Below, in pieces: positions 19,002-30,392 of a stretch of DNA of 64,000 nucleotides. Position numbers and translations under genes: made by a program. This DNA comes from an uncultured delta proteobacterium (GTDB taxonomy: Bacteria; Myxococcota_A; UBA9160; SZUA-336): positions 96,001-160,000 of the forward strand of contig CAVPHD010000006.1 of the NCBI GenBank assembly GCA_963704165.1. Direction: 5' to 3'. The notes under the pieces were generated by a model, which saw only the letters and a program-made list of their open reading frames with translations, had not been told where the DNA came from and made no database searches. The stretch's first letter is position 1; each line of letters opens with the position of its first letter.

Positions 19002-20021
19002 TCAGGGCTCCAGGATCACCTTGCACTGCGTCGTCGGCTTCTTCAGCGCTTCGAACGCGCTCGGAAACGCCGACAGGTCGACCACGTCCGTCACCATCTC
19101 GCGTCCGGGAATCCGCTCGCGATCGAGCATCTCGATCGTGAACTCGAAGTCCTGCCGTCGGTACGCGACGACGAAGCGGAGCTCGATCTCCTTCACGATC
19201 GCCATCACCGGAAAGATCGTGTCGGGCTGCATGCAGACCCCGACGACGACCACGCGACCGCGTGGCCGGATCATGCCGAGACACTGCTGAAGAAGTCCCG
19301 GCGCGCCGACACACTCGAAGATCACGTCGGGCGGCCCGCCGGCCTCTCGCGTGAAGGCGCTGACCGGGTCCTCCTTCGAGACGTCCGTCACCGATGTCGC
19401 CCCGAACTTCTCCGCGAGCGCGATCCGCCCGGGCGCGCGTTCGTTCACGATCACGCAGCGCGCTCCGAAGAAACGCGCCCAGGCCGTGACGGCGAGACCG
19501 ATCGGACCGGCGCCGATCACCATCACGCGCTCACCCGGCTCGAGCTTCGCGACGTGGAGCGCGTGCAGTCCGACCGAGAGCGGCTCGACCAGCGCACCCT
19601 CGCGATAGCTCACGCCGTCGGGAAGTCGCAGCGACTCCGCGGCGCCCGCGAGCACGTACTCCGCGTATGCGCCGGGCACCTGGCCGAGGCCCGTACCTCG
19701 CAGCGTCGGACACAGAATCACGTCACCCGTGAGACACGCGCGGCACTTCCCGCAGCCGATCGCGGGCAGAGCGCAGATGCGATCCCCCGGCTTCCAGATC
19801 GCGCTGGCGTCGGCGCCGACCGCGACGACCTCGCCGGCGAACTCGTGCCCCATCACCGTTCCCGGTGGCAGCCCCGGTGGAAGATCCGCGGCGTGCAGGT
19901 CCGAGCCGCAGATCCCGCAGCTCTTCACGCGAAGCACGAGCTCACCCGGCCCCGGCTTCGGGTCCGGGCGCTCCTCGATCGTCAGTGCCTGACCCAGACC
20001 ATGGAAGATCGCGGCCTTCAT
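19002..20021 (-). CDS. Zinc-dependent alcohol dehydrogenase (MDR family)
   Basis: CGSD, GHEFAG, structural C..CGKCRAC..C, GAGPIG. Confidence 0.95.
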   Translation of the reverse strand: MKAAIFHGLGQALTIEERPDPKPGPGELVLRVKSCGICGSDLHAADLPPGLPPGTVMGHEFAGEVVAVGADASAIWKPGDRICALPAIGCGKCRACLTGDVILCPTLRGTGLGQVPGAYAEYVLAGAAESLRLPDGVSYREGALVEPLSVGLHALHVAKLEPGERVMVIGAGPIGLAVTAWARFFGARCVIVNERAPGRIALAEKFGATSVTDVSKEDPVSAFTREAGGPPDVIFECVGAPGLLQQCLGMIRPRGRVVVVGVCMQPDTIFPVMAIVKEIELRFVVAYRRQDFEFTIEMLDRERIPGREMVTDVVDLSAFPSAFEALKKPTTQCKVILEP

Positions 20022-20149
20022 CTCGGTTCCCTTCGGGCCGGATTCTGGAGCATCGATGGACTCGGGTCTACCGATCGAATAGGCTCGCGCGCGGCTCCGA
20101 GACGGGCCGGAAGCTTTGAAGTCGGCTTCGAAGTCCTGAGGCGGGTGCC

Positions 20150-21661
20150 ATGCGTTCCGAGCGGGTGATCGTGGTCGGTGGCTCCGTCGCGGGACTCGCC
20201 GTCGCGGTCGCGCTGATGGCCGATGGCCACGACGTGACGATCCTCGAACGCGACGCGACGCCGATGCCGGCGAGTCACGTCGAGGCGTTCGAGCGCTGGG
20301 ATCGCCGCGGCTCACCGCAGACCCGACACTCGCACGCTTTCCTCGGCCGGCTCACCTGCCTGCTTCGCGATCGCGTCCCCGCGTTGCAGGCGAAGCTGCT
20401 CGAGTGCGGCGCGGAGGAGCTTCGCTTCGACGAGATCGCGCGACGCACGCTGCCCGACGCGGTGATCGAGCCGGGTGACGCCGACATGACGCTGCTCGCG
20501 GTCCGACGCATCACCTTCGAGTGGGTCCTGCGCCGCTACGTGCTCGACTCGGGTCGCGTCACCTTCCGCGACGGGGACGAGGTGGTCGGCCTCGAGGCGG
20601 GACCGGATTCCGCGACGGGTCTGCCGCGCGTCGTCGGCGTGCGAGTCGTCCGCCCCGACGGAGCGCGCGAGATCCTGAACGCCGATCTTGTCGTCGATGC
20701 GAGCGGCCGGCGCTCGCGCCTTCCGGACTGGCTCGAGGCGATCGGCGCGCGACGACCGCCGGAGGAATCCGAGCCGTGCGGGATCTTCTACAGCTCCCGC
20801 TTCTACCGGCTGCACGAGGGCGTCGAGCCGCCGGTCCTGCAGTTCGGCATGGGTCAGGACCTCGGCTACCTGAAGGTCGGCATCTTCCCCGGCGACGCGC
20901 GGATCTTCTCGCTCACGCTCGCCGCCTCGCCCGACGACGACCTGCTCCGTTCGGTTCTACGCGCGCCGGGATTCGAGACCGCCGTGGCCGCGCTGCCGAT
21001 CACGCGCGAGTGGGTCGATCCGTCGGTCTCGGAGCCGATCTCCGAGGTGCACGGGATGGCGAACCTGAAGAACACGCGCCGCTGGCTGGTCGTCGACGGC
21101 GAGCCGCTCGCGCTCGGCGTGACCGCGATCGGCGACGCGCTGATCCACACCAATCCGATCACCGGCCGGGGCTGCAGCCTGGCGTGGGTGAGCGCGTTCC
21201 TGCTCGCCGACGCGCTGCGCAAGGAACCCGAGGACGTTCGGGCACGCGCGCTCGTGCTCGACGCTGCGCTCGAGCGCGAGATCGTGCCCTGGTGGCGCGC
21301 ACAGGTCGCGCAGGACCGCGATGCGATCGAAGTGAGTTCACTTCAGCTTCGCGGCGAGAATCCGTACCGGGTCGAGCGTGACGACGGCTCACAGGACCCG
21401 AAAGCCTTCATGCGTTCGCTCCTTCGCGAGGGGCTCGGTCACGCGATGCGCGAGGACATCACGGTGCTTCGCGCGTTCATGCGCGTCTTCAACCTGCTCG
21501 ATCCGCCCGAGGATCTGATGCGCCGCCCCGAGCTGATGCAGGCGGTGCTACGCGCCTGGAACGATCGGCACGACCGCGCGCCACTCGCGACCGGACCGTC
21601 GCGCGTGGAGATGCTCGCCCTGCTGCGCTCGGTTCGATCCGATCCGGCTGGTTCCTCGTGA
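20150..21661 (+). CDS. FAD-dependent oxidoreductase/monooxygenase
   Basis: GGSVAG, RRGSPQTRHSH, DASGR, GDA...NPITGRG. Confidence 0.88.
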   Translation: MRSERVIVVGGSVAGLAVAVALMADGHDVTILERDATPMPASHVEAFERWDRRGSPQTRHSHAFLGRLTCLLRDRVPALQAKLLECGAEELRFDEIARRTLPDAVIEPGDADMTLLAVRRITFEWVLRRYVLDSGRVTFRDGDEVVGLEAGPDSATGLPRVVGVRVVRPDGAREILNADLVVDASGRRSRLPDWLEAIGARRPPEESEPCGIFYSSRFYRLHEGVEPPVLQFGMGQDLGYLKVGIFPGDARIFSLTLAASPDDDLLRSVLRAPGFETAVAALPITREWVDPSVSEPISEVHGMANLKNTRRWLVVDGEPLALGVTAIGDALIHTNPITGRGCSLAWVSAFLLADALRKEPEDVRARALVLDAALEREIVPWWRAQVAQDRDAIEVSSLQLRGENPYRVERDDGSQDPKAFMRSLLREGLGHAMREDITVLRAFMRVFNLLDPPEDLMRRPELMQAVLRAWNDRHDRAPLATGPSRVEMLALLRSVRSDPAGSS

Positions 21662-22811
21662 CCCTGCCCCCGCCGTCGCTTCGCGCGCGGAGCATCGACC
21701 CGTTTCTCGCGATGGAAGTCATGGAGCGCGCGTTCGAGCTCGAGAGAGGTGGCGCGAGCGTGATCCATCTCGAGATCGGCGAGCCCGAGTTCCCGCCGCC
21801 CCCGGCCGCCGTCGAGGCCGCGCGTCGGGCGCTCGACGGCGAGCCCGCGCGCTACACCGACAGTCGCGGGCTGCTGGAGCTGCGCGAAGCGATCGCGCGC
21901 AGTCACGCGCGGCGCAGCGGGGTCGCGATCTCCGCCGATCGCGTCCTGGTCGCGGCGGGTACGTCCCCCGCGCTTCTGCTCGTCTTCACGTATCTGCTCG
22001 ATCCGGGCGACGAGGTCGTGCTCGGCACGCCGCACTACGCCTGCTATCCGAACCTGATCCGCGCCACCGGGGGCGTGCCCGTCTTCGTGACGACGCGCGC
22101 GGAGGACGGCTACGCGCTGCACGCCGACGACGTGCGCACGCGCGATCACCCCGCGCACGCGCGCGATCGTCGTCGCCTCGCCCGCGAACCCGACCGGCGC
22201 GATCCAGTCCCGCGCCGACCTCGAGGCGCTGTCACGCGCTCGGCATTCCGATCGTCTCCGACGAGATCTACGACGGCCTCGTCTACGACGGCGCGCGCGT
22301 GACCTCGGCGCTCGAGCTCGGCGACGACGTCTTCGTGCTCGACGGCTTCTCGAAGCGCTACGCCATGACGGGATTCCGGCTCGGCTACGCGATCGCGCCG
22401 CAGAGCCGCGCTGCGCGCGCTGCAGAGCCTGTCGCAGAACCTCTTCATCTCGGTCGCGAGCTTCACGCAAGCGCGCGGGCATCGCGGCGCTCGAACACGG
22501 CGACGCGACGACCGCGACCCTGCGCGAGACCTACGGCGCGCGCCGTTCGCCTGATGATCGACGGGCTCACGCGCCTGGGCTTCGAGGTTCCGACCCCTCC
22601 ACGCGGCGCCCTCTACGTCTTCGCCGACGCGCGAAGGTTCGGCACCGACTCACGCGAGCTCGCACTTCGGCTTCTCGAAGCGGCCCACGTCGCGGTCACG
22701 CCCGGCATCGACTTCGGCGCGGCCGGCGAGGGATTCATCCGCTTCTCGTGCACCGCCCCCGAGGCGCAGATCCGGGAGGCGTTCGAGCGCATCGGGGCCG
22801 TGTTGGGCTAG
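21658..22811 (+). CDS. Class I PLP-dependent aminotransferase; several frameshifts at 22140-22550
   Basis: IGEPEF, SPANPTG, SDEIY, GFSKRYAMTGFRLG, PGIDFG spread across frames. Confidence 0.88.
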
Positions 22812-22830
22812 CTCGCGCCGCCCGCACGCA

Positions 22831-24030
22831 TCAGACCGGAACGAGTTCGACCGGGATCTCCGTGAAGCTGCGAAAGACCAGGCTCCGGTGCAGCGGCAGC
22901 GGTGCCGACGTCGTGAGCTCGAAGCTCTTCGTCCGCTCGAGAAGTGCGCGCAGCGCGATCTGCGCCTCGAGCCGCGCGAGGTTCGAGCCGAGGCAGTAGT
23001 GCGTGCCGAAGCCGAACGCGAGGTGGCGGTTCTCCTTCCGGCCGATGTCGAAGCGCTCGGGCTCGCGGAAGATCGCCGCGTCGCGGTTCGCCGAGCCGAG
23101 CCAGCAGATCGCGATCTCTCCCTCTCGCACGCGCTCGCCGCAGAGATCGACGTCGGCCGTCGCGCGCCGCGGGTCGAGCTGGACCGGCGACGAGAAGCGC
23201 AGCACTTCCTCGACCGCCGATGGAACCAGCGACGGATCGCGACGCAGACGCTCGAGCTCGGCCGGGTGCTCGAGCAGCGTCAGCACCGTGTTCCCGATCA
23301 GCGTCGTCGTCGTTTCGTTTCCCGCGACGAGCAGCAGGATCAGCATCTGCAGGAGCTCGTCGAAGGAGAGCTTCGAGCCCTCGAGCTCCGCCTGCGCGAG
23401 ACCCGTCAGCAGATCCTCGCGCGGCGTCTCGCGCCGTTCCGCGACGAGCCGCGAGAAGTACTCGCCGAGCTCCTCGACGATCGCACGGTTGCGTTCGAGC
23501 ATCGCGCGATCGGGCGGCGTGAGGAGTCCCGCCCCGAGGCTCTCGACCAGCTTGTCCGACCAGTCCTTGAAGCGCGCGTTGTCCTCCGTCGGAACGCCGA
23601 TGATTTCGGCGATGATCGTGACCGGCAGCGGGTAGGTCAGCGCCGAAACGAGATCGACCGAACGGGCCTCGAGCGCGGCATCGACGAGCGACCGTGCGAG
23701 CTCCGTCATGCGCGGTTCGAGGCGCCGGATGATCTTCGGCGTGAAGGCCTGGTTCACCAGTCCGCGCAGTCGGTCGTGCTCGGGCGGATCGGTGCCGAGC
23801 ATGCTCGGAGCGCGGTCCTCGAACTCGGGGAAGCCCGGCGGCGGTGGGAGCTTGTTCGACCAGCGGTCGCTGTCGCGAAGCACGTCGATGGTGTCGCCGT
23901 ATCCGAAGACCGAGACGACCGGAAGCCCGGGGTGACGATGCACGCGTAGCTCGCGTCCGCGAGCGTAGAGCGGAAACGGGTCGCGGCGGGTTTCGTCCTC
24001 GAACGGGTTGAACTCGAAGGGGGTCGGCAT
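22831..24030 (-). CDS. Cytochrome P450
   Basis: DPPEHDRLR, AGNETT, EEVLR, FGFGTHYCLG. Confidence 0.96.
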   Translation of the reverse strand: MPTPFEFNPFEDETRRDPFPLYARGRELRVHRHPGLPVVSVFGYGDTIDVLRDSDRWSNKLPPPPGFPEFEDRAPSMLGTDPPEHDRLRGLVNQAFTPKIIRRLEPRMTELARSLVDAALEARSVDLVSALTYPLPVTIIAEIIGVPTEDNARFKDWSDKLVESLGAGLLTPPDRAMLERNRAIVEELGEYFSRLVAERRETPREDLLTGLAQAELEGSKLSFDELLQMLILLLVAGNETTTTLIGNTVLTLLEHPAELERLRRDPSLVPSAVEEVLRFSSPVQLDPRRATADVDLCGERVREGEIAICWLGSANRDAAIFREPERFDIGRKENRHLAFGFGTHYCLGSNLARLEAQIALRALLERTKSFELTTSAPLPLHRSLVFRSFTEIPVELVPV

Positions 24031-24049
24031 GTCGAGATACTAGCCCGCG

Positions 24050-25261
24050 CTAGCGAGGTTCCGCCCGCGCGACGTGCCCCATCGCGGCGACCGACGCGAC
24101 GATCGCGCGCAGATGCTCGCTGCCGCGCGTCTCGAGCACGAACTCGACCTCGGCCTCGCTCGACGGCGCGCGCGCGAACGCGCGCTCGTGCAGGACCTCG
24201 ACGACGTTCGCGCCCGCGTTCGCGATCGCCGAGGTGACGGCGGCGAGCGCGCCCGGCACGTCGCGAATCCGCACGACCACCCGCGCGAGCCGGTCGGTGC
24301 GCGCAAGTCCCCGCTCGATCACGTGCGCGAGCGCGAGCATGTCGATGTTGCCGCCCGAGATCACGATCCCGACCCGGCGCTTCGCGAAGATCGGCTGGTG
24401 CGCGAGAACCGCGGCGAGCGCGGCGGCGCCCGCGCCTTCGGCCACGGTCTTCTCGATCTCGAGCAGGAGCAGGATCGATGCTTCGATCGCCTCCTCGTCG
24501 ACGAGCAGGATCTCGCGCACGTGCTCGCGGACGATCGGCAGCGTGAGCGCGCCAGGCGCCTTCACCGCGATGCCGCCCGCGATCGTCGCATCCCCGCACT
24601 CGATCGCCTGCCCGGCCAGCGCCTGTTTCATCGACGGAAAGCGCGCGGACTGAACGCCGAAGATCTCGAGCTCGGGCCGGAGCGCGTGGGCGGCGATCGA
24701 GATGCCCGAGATCAACCCGCCGCCACCGACCGGCACGACCAACGCCTCCAAGTTCGGGACCGCACCGATCATCTCGAGCGCGACCGTGCCCTGCCCCGCG
24801 ATCACGTGGGGATCGTCATAGGGATGGACGAAGACGAGGCGTCGCTCGCGTTCGATCTCGTGCGCGATGCGGCGCGCGTCCTCGAGCGTCTCGCCGTCGA
24901 GCACGACCTCGGCTCCGAATCTGCGCGTGTGCTCGACCTTGATGGTCGGCGTGAAGCGCGGCATCACGACCACGGCCCGGATGCCGAGTCTCTGGGCGTG
25001 GTACGCGACGCCCTGGGCGTGGTTTCCCGCCGACATCGCGATCACGCCGGCCTCGCGCTCGCTCGGCGAAAGCGAGCGCAGCTTCGCGAGCGCTCCGCGG
25101 TCCTTGAACGAAGCCGTGAACTGGAGGTTCTCGAACTTCAGGTAGAGCTCGCAGCCCGCGATCTGCGAGAGCGTTCGCGAGTGCAGGCACGGCGTGCGCT
25201 CGACCGCGCCGTGAATCGCCGCCGCCGCTTCGCGAACCTCGCCGATCCCGATCTCGCTCAC
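24050..25261 (-). CDS. ilvA: Threonine ammonia-lyase with C-terminal ACT domain
   Basis: KFENLQFTASFKDRGA, SAGNHAQG, VGGGGL, SGGN, DVPGAL ACT; GTG start at 25261. Confidence 0.92.
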   Translation of the reverse strand: MSEIGIGEVREAAAAIHGAVERTPCLHSRTLSQIAGCELYLKFENLQFTASFKDRGALAKLRSLSPSEREAGVIAMSAGNHAQGVAYHAQRLGIRAVVVMPRFTPTIKVEHTRRFGAEVVLDGETLEDARRIAHEIERERRLVFVHPYDDPHVIAGQGTVALEMIGAVPNLEALVVPVGGGGLISGISIAAHALRPELEIFGVQSARFPSMKQALAGQAIECGDATIAGGIAVKAPGALTLPIVREHVREILLVDEEAIEASILLLLEIEKTVAEGAGAAALAAVLAHQPIFAKRRVGIVISGGNIDMLALAHVIERGLARTDRLARVVVRIRDVPGALAAVTSAIANAGANVVEVLHERAFARAPSSEAEVEFVLETRGSEHLRAIVASVAAMGHVARAEPR

Positions 25262-25308
25262 CCGGCCGAGTGTATACTGCCGGCGAGTTCGCACCGAGGA
25301 GACCTGGA

Positions 25309-26184
25309 ATGAAGCTCGCCACCTTCAGCCACGGCGGGTCGACGCGGATCGGAGTCGTCCATGGCGAAGACATTCTCGACCTGGCCGCCGCCGCGCCCGA
25401 CCTGCCTCGCGACCTGATCGGCTTCCTGACGGCGGGACCGCGTGCACGCCAGCGCGCCGGCGAGGTGGCCGCGGGGAGCGGCGCCCGGATCCCGCTCGCC
25501 GACGTCAAGCTCGAATCCCCGATCCTCCGCCCGCCGAAGCTTCTCGCGGTCGGTCTGAACTACGCCGACCACGTCGCCGAGAGCGGAATGGAGCGGCCGA
25601 AGTTCCCGGCCATCTTCAACAAGCAATCGACGTGCGTGACCGGCCCGTACGACCCGATCCACTTGCCGCGGGTCTCGTCGGCGCTCGACTACGAAGGTGA
25701 GCTCGCGTTCGTGATCGGCCGACGCTGCCGCCACGTGCCACGCGCCCGCGCGCACGAGGTGATCGCCGGCTTCTGCGTCCACGACGACGTCTCGGTGCGC
25801 GACTGGCAGCTCCGGGTACCGACCTTCACGATGGGCAAGTCCTTCGACACCCACGGACCGCTCGGTCCCTGGCTCACGACGAGCGACGAGGTCGGCGATC
25901 CCCACGCGCTCTCGATCCGCACGCTCGTGAACGGAGACGTCCGCCAGAACTCGAACACCAAGGAGCTGATCTACGACTGCTACGCGATCGTCGAGCACCT
26001 CTCGACCGCGTTCACGCTCGAGGTCGGCGACGTGATCGCGACGGGAACACCGGGAGGTGTCGGTATCGGCATGAAGCCGCCGCGCATGCTCGTCGCGGGC
26101 GACGTCGTTCGCGTCGAGATCGAGAACCTCGGCTTCATCCAGAACGAGGTCATTCCCGAACCCGAGGAGACCGTGCGCTTCTAG
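25309..26184 (+). CDS. Fumarylacetoacetate hydrolase family protein
   Basis: GLNYADH, DYEGELA, DVSVRD, GKSFDT, TGTPGGVG; GAGGAG RBS. Confidence 0.95.
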   Translation: MKLATFSHGGSTRIGVVHGEDILDLAAAAPDLPRDLIGFLTAGPRARQRAGEVAAGSGARIPLADVKLESPILRPPKLLAVGLNYADHVAESGMERPKFPAIFNKQSTCVTGPYDPIHLPRVSSALDYEGELAFVIGRRCRHVPRARAHEVIAGFCVHDDVSVRDWQLRVPTFTMGKSFDTHGPLGPWLTTSDEVGDPHALSIRTLVNGDVRQNSNTKELIYDCYAIVEHLSTAFTLEVGDVIATGTPGGVGIGMKPPRMLVAGDVVRVEIENLGFIQNEVIPEPEETVRF

Positions 26185-26201
26185 AGCGCCCGAGGAGTCC
26201 C

Positions 26202-27047
26202 ATGAAGTACGGCGTCACGATCTTCCCGACCGACTCCTCGATCACGCCGGTCGAGCTCGCGCCGCGCCTGCGAGGAGCGCGGCTTCGAGTCGCTCTTGGT
26301 CGCCGAGCACTCGCACATTCCCGCGTCGCGGCAAACGCCGTTCCCCGGGCGGCGGCGACCTGCCGAAGCGGTACTACGACGTCTTCGACCCGTTCGTCTC
26401 GCTCACGGCCGCCGCGGCGGTGACGACGAGGCTCGAAGGTCGCGACCGGCATCTGCCTCGTCGTGCAGCGCGACCCGATCCAGACCGCCAAGGAGGTCGC
26501 CACGCTCGACCAGGTCTCGAACGGGCGCTTCCTGTTCGGCATCGGCGCCGGCTGGAACGCCGAGGAGATGGACAACCACGGCACGCCCGAAGACGCGCTT
26601 CAAGCTCATGCGCGAGCGCATCGAGGCGATGAAGGCGATCTGGACCAGGACGAAGGCCGAGTACCACGGCGAGTTCGTGAACTTCGACCCGATCTTGACC
26701 TGGCCGAAGCCGGTGCAGAAGCCGCACCCGCCGATCCTCGTCGGCGGCGGCTGGCCCGGCGCCGCGAACCGCGCGATCGAGTACGGCGACGGCTGGATGC
26801 CGATCAACATCCCCGGCCGACTGATTCGCCGGATTCCCGAGTTCTGGGCCGCCGTCGAAGCGGCCGGCCGCGATCCGAAGAACCTCGAGCTCATCGATCT
26901 TCGGCATGGGTCCGGACGAGGCCGAGATCGCGAAGTTCGCACGAGGCCCGCGCGAGCCGTGTCGTCTTCATGCTTCCCTCCGATCCCGCGGACCAGGTTC
27001 TGCCCCGGCTCGACCGGCTCGAGAAGCTCGCGCGCACGCTCGGCTAG
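26202..27047 (+). CDS. LLM-class, probably F420-dependent, oxidoreductase; multiple frameshifts
   Basis: MKYGVTIFPTD, AEHSHIP, DPFV, QRDPI.TAKEVATLD, GAGWN.EE, PKPVQKPHPP. Confidence 0.85.
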
Positions 27048-27525
27048 ACCGCGTCGCGCAGCTCCGCGCGCAGGCGCTCGTACTCGACCGCGTCGAGCAG
27101 GCCGCGCCGGCGCAGCCGTTCGACACGCGCCAGTGTACGCGCGAGGTCGGCGCCCTCCTCGGCGTCGCGATCCGGCGCCGGGCTCTCGATCTGATCGAGC
27201 AACGCGTTCGCGAGCGCCCAGGTCGCCGCGCCCGAAAGCGCCGCCTGCGCCAATGCACCGCCGACCCAGCCGATCCCCGGCAGGAGCTTCAGTGCGCTCG
27301 CCGCGGCGCGTGGCAGTGCCGCACCGAGAAGTCCGACCGCGAGCGCGCCCTGCGCGCCGATGCCCACGCCGAGCGCCGTAGAGCCGTCCGAGCTTGCGCA
27401 GCATCGAGAGCTGGACGGCCGTCACGGCGACGAGATCGACGACCGGAATCGGGATCGCGGCGGCTGCGACCGAGGTCGCGACGTGGTCCTGGATCAGCGC
27501 ATCCGCGCGCGCGTCGGCTCTGCAT
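27044..27525 (-). CDS. DUF697/YcjF-like membrane protein with SHOCT-like tail; frameshifted
   Basis: IPIPVVDL.AVTAVQL.ML..L..LYG, K.LPGIG..GG..A..TWA; tail ERLRRRGLLDAVEYERLRA; GGAGG RBS. Confidence 0.7.
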
Positions 27526-27683
27526 GACTCGTCCTCCCGCGTGAGAGATCCCGGACGAGCGGAGAGCAACGAACGTGCCGGCACCACCCGGTCGCAGCGA
27601 TCGCCGTAGCGCGCCGCCGGCGCAGCCGAACGGCGACAGCCGCAGGATTCCGCCGACGCGATCGAGGGCTAGACTGCCCCGCG

Positions 27684-28957
27684 ATGGCTGCCGTCCCCAG
27701 ACCCGTGGTCGCAAACGTTGCCGGGGAGATCTACGACGTGCCGGGTCTTCGCGCGGCCGCGCGGGCGGGAGACGACGTGTTCCCGATCGACGCGGCGGAG
27801 CTCGTGCCGCTTCCGGACTCGAGCCGACTGATGTTCCTGCCCGATCGCACGCCGCTCGCGTTCGAGGGAGCCCGCGCCCCGCCCGAGGCGCTCGACGGCG
27901 CGCTCGCCGTCGCCGCGTTCCTGCCACCGGGCTACACGAGCTTCGCGCTCTCGGCCTGGCGTCGCGAGCCCGGCGCGGCGTTGCTTCCGCTCTTCGCCTA
28001 CACCGCCGTGTGCTGGTACCGGGGCGGATTCTTCGTCCCGGCGCGACGCATCGACGACGACCCGAAGCACGATCCCGAATCGTTCTCGCGCGCCGAGATC
28101 GAGAAGCGCGTCGCGGAGCTGCGCACGCGGCTCCCGAAGAACCGGCTCGCCGCGCATCTCGGCGCGCGCTGCGCGCTCGAATGGAGCTGCCCGAACGCGC
28201 AGAACCTGTTCCTCGAGCGATGGGAAGCACCGATCGCGGTCTCGCGCGCCTGCAACGCGGCGTGCATCGGCTGCATCTCCGAGCAGCCCGACGACACGGT
28301 TCCTTCGCCGCAGGAGCGCCTCGAGTTCCTGCCGAGCCAGGACGAGATCCTCGAGCTCGCGATCCCGCACCTCGAGCGCGCACCGCGCGCGATGATCAGC
28401 TTCGGACAGGGCTGCGAGGGCGAGCCGCTGCTTCAGGCCGATCTGATCGAGCGCGTGATCCGCGCGATCCGGGCGCGCACCTCGCGCGGCACGCTGCACC
28501 TCAACACCAACGGGAGCCGTCCCGACGCCGTCGCCCGACTGGCCGAAGCGGGCCTCGACAGCATCCGCGTCTCGCTGAACAGCGCGCGGCCCGAGGCCTA
28601 CACGCCCTACTATCGTCCGCGCACGTACGACTTCGCGGACGTCGTCGAGACGCTGCGCGTCGCGGCCCGGCACGAGCTGTGGAGCTCGCTGAATCTACCT
28701 GTCCTTCCCCGGCGTCACCGATCGCGTGGACGAAGCCGAGGCGCTTGGAACGACTCGTGCGCGACACGGGCGTGCGCATGATCCAGTTCCGCAACCTGAA
28801 CGTGGATCCAGACTGGTACGTCGACGTGCTCGGGCGCGGCTCGAGCTCGCCGCGACTCGGCATGCCCGCGCTTCTCGAACGCATGCGCGCGGCGCGACCC
28901 GGGCTTCGCTTCGGCTACTTCAACCCGCCCGCCGAGACCTGGGACGACCGGAGGTGA
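27684..28957 (+). CDS. Radical SAM protein of unknown function; frameshift near 28700
   Basis: CNAACIGC (CxxxCxxC), SFGQGCEGEPL, NTNGS, RVSLNS, QFRNLNVDP, FGYFNP. Confidence 0.88.
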
Positions 28958-28958
28958 C

Positions 28959-30383
28959 ATGCGCATTCTCCTGCTTCTGACCCTCTTCTGTGTCGCGACG
29001 ACCGCTCGCGCCGACGATGCCGCACCGCCTCGCCGGCACTCGACGCCGGAGAGCCGCGAAGCGCTCGGCGTCACCGTCTACTCCGGTGGCTTCGGGCTGA
29101 TCCGCGAGACGCGGACGCTCGCGCTCGGCAAAGGCCGCTCGGAGATCGAGTTCGGCGGCGTGGCCGGTACGATCCAACCCGAGACGGTGCAGATCCACGC
29201 CGTCGGCGACGCTTCCGGGCTTCGCGTGCTCGAGCAGAACTACCAATACGACCTGCTCTCGCCCCAGAAGCTGCTCGAGAAGTACGTCGGGCGCACGGTC
29301 CGCGTCTACCGCTTCAGCGAAGCCAAGGGCCGCGACGAGGAGCTCGATGCGACCGTGCTCTCGGCCGGCACGCCGCCGATCCTGCGCGTCGGCGACGAGA
29401 TCACGTGGGCGTTTCCGGGTCGGATCTCGTTTCCCGAGATCCCGAAGACGCTGATCGCAAGACCGACGCTGGTCTGGCTGGTCGAGAGCCCGTCGGAGCG
29501 CCAGAAGGTCGAGGTCTCGTACCTCGCGACGGACCTGTCCTGGAAGGCGGACTACGTGCTCGTGGTGAACGATTCCGACAGCGCGGGCGACCTGAACGGC
29601 TGGGTGACGCTCGACAACCGGAGCGGCGCGCCGTGGGCGAACGCGAAGATCCAGCTCGTCGCGGGCGACGTGAATCGCGTCCGGCCGACGTCGTACCCGG
29701 ACCAGATGATCTACGCGGCGGAAGCCCGAACGGCGATGGCGCCACCGCAGTTTCGCGAGGAAGGTCTCTTCGAGTACCACCTGTACACGCTCGAGCGTCC
29801 CGCCACGCTGCTCGAGAACGAGCAGAAGCAGATCTCGCTGCTCGAGGCGAGCGGGATCGCGCTCTCGAAACATCTGGTCCTGCGCGGCGAACCCTCGTAC
29901 TTCCGGATGCAGACTCGCGACGTCGGAGCCCGAACCAAAGTCGCCGTCTCGCTCGAATTCGAGAACCGCGAGAGCCAACACCTCGGGCTGCCCCTCCCGA
30001 AGGGCATCGTGCGCGTCTACAAGCGCGACAAATCCGGCGGCCGCCAGTTCCTGGGCGAGGACGAGATCGACCACACGCCGCGCGACGAGCGCGTTCGCAT
30101 TCGTGTCGGCGACGCCTTCGACGTGATCGGCGAGCGCAAGCAGATGGACTACAAGATGATCGGTTCGTGCCGCGCGGAGAGCGCCTGGCAGATCGACCTG
30201 CGCAACCACAAGGACGAGAAGATCGAAGTCGACGTGGTCGAGCCGGCGAGCGGTGACTGGGAGATCGTCTCGTCGAGTCACAAGGCGACCAAGGACGACG
30301 CGCGCACGTTCAGCTTCCACGTGCCGGTGCCCGCACGCGGCAGCACGCGCGTGGAGTATCGCGTCCGGGTTCGCTGGTGTTAG
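28959..30383 (+). CDS. Secreted DUF4139/DUF4140-type protein
   Basis: Signal peptide, EQNYQYDLLS, LSWKADY, LVAGDVN, YHLY.L.RP, LGLPLPKG..RVY. Confidence 0.85.
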   Translation: MRILLLLTLFCVATTARADDAAPPRRHSTPESREALGVTVYSGGFGLIRETRTLALGKGRSEIEFGGVAGTIQPETVQIHAVGDASGLRVLEQNYQYDLLSPQKLLEKYVGRTVRVYRFSEAKGRDEELDATVLSAGTPPILRVGDEITWAFPGRISFPEIPKTLIARPTLVWLVESPSERQKVEVSYLATDLSWKADYVLVVNDSDSAGDLNGWVTLDNRSGAPWANAKIQLVAGDVNRVRPTSYPDQMIYAAEARTAMAPPQFREEGLFEYHLYTLERPATLLENEQKQISLLEASGIALSKHLVLRGEPSYFRMQTRDVGARTKVAVSLEFENRESQHLGLPLPKGIVRVYKRDKSGGRQFLGEDEIDHTPRDERVRIRVGDAFDVIGERKQMDYKMIGSCRAESAWQIDLRNHKDEKIEVDVVEPASGDWEIVSSSHKATKDDARTFSFHVPVPARGSTRVEYRVRVRWC

Positions 30384-30392
30384 GCTCGGCGC

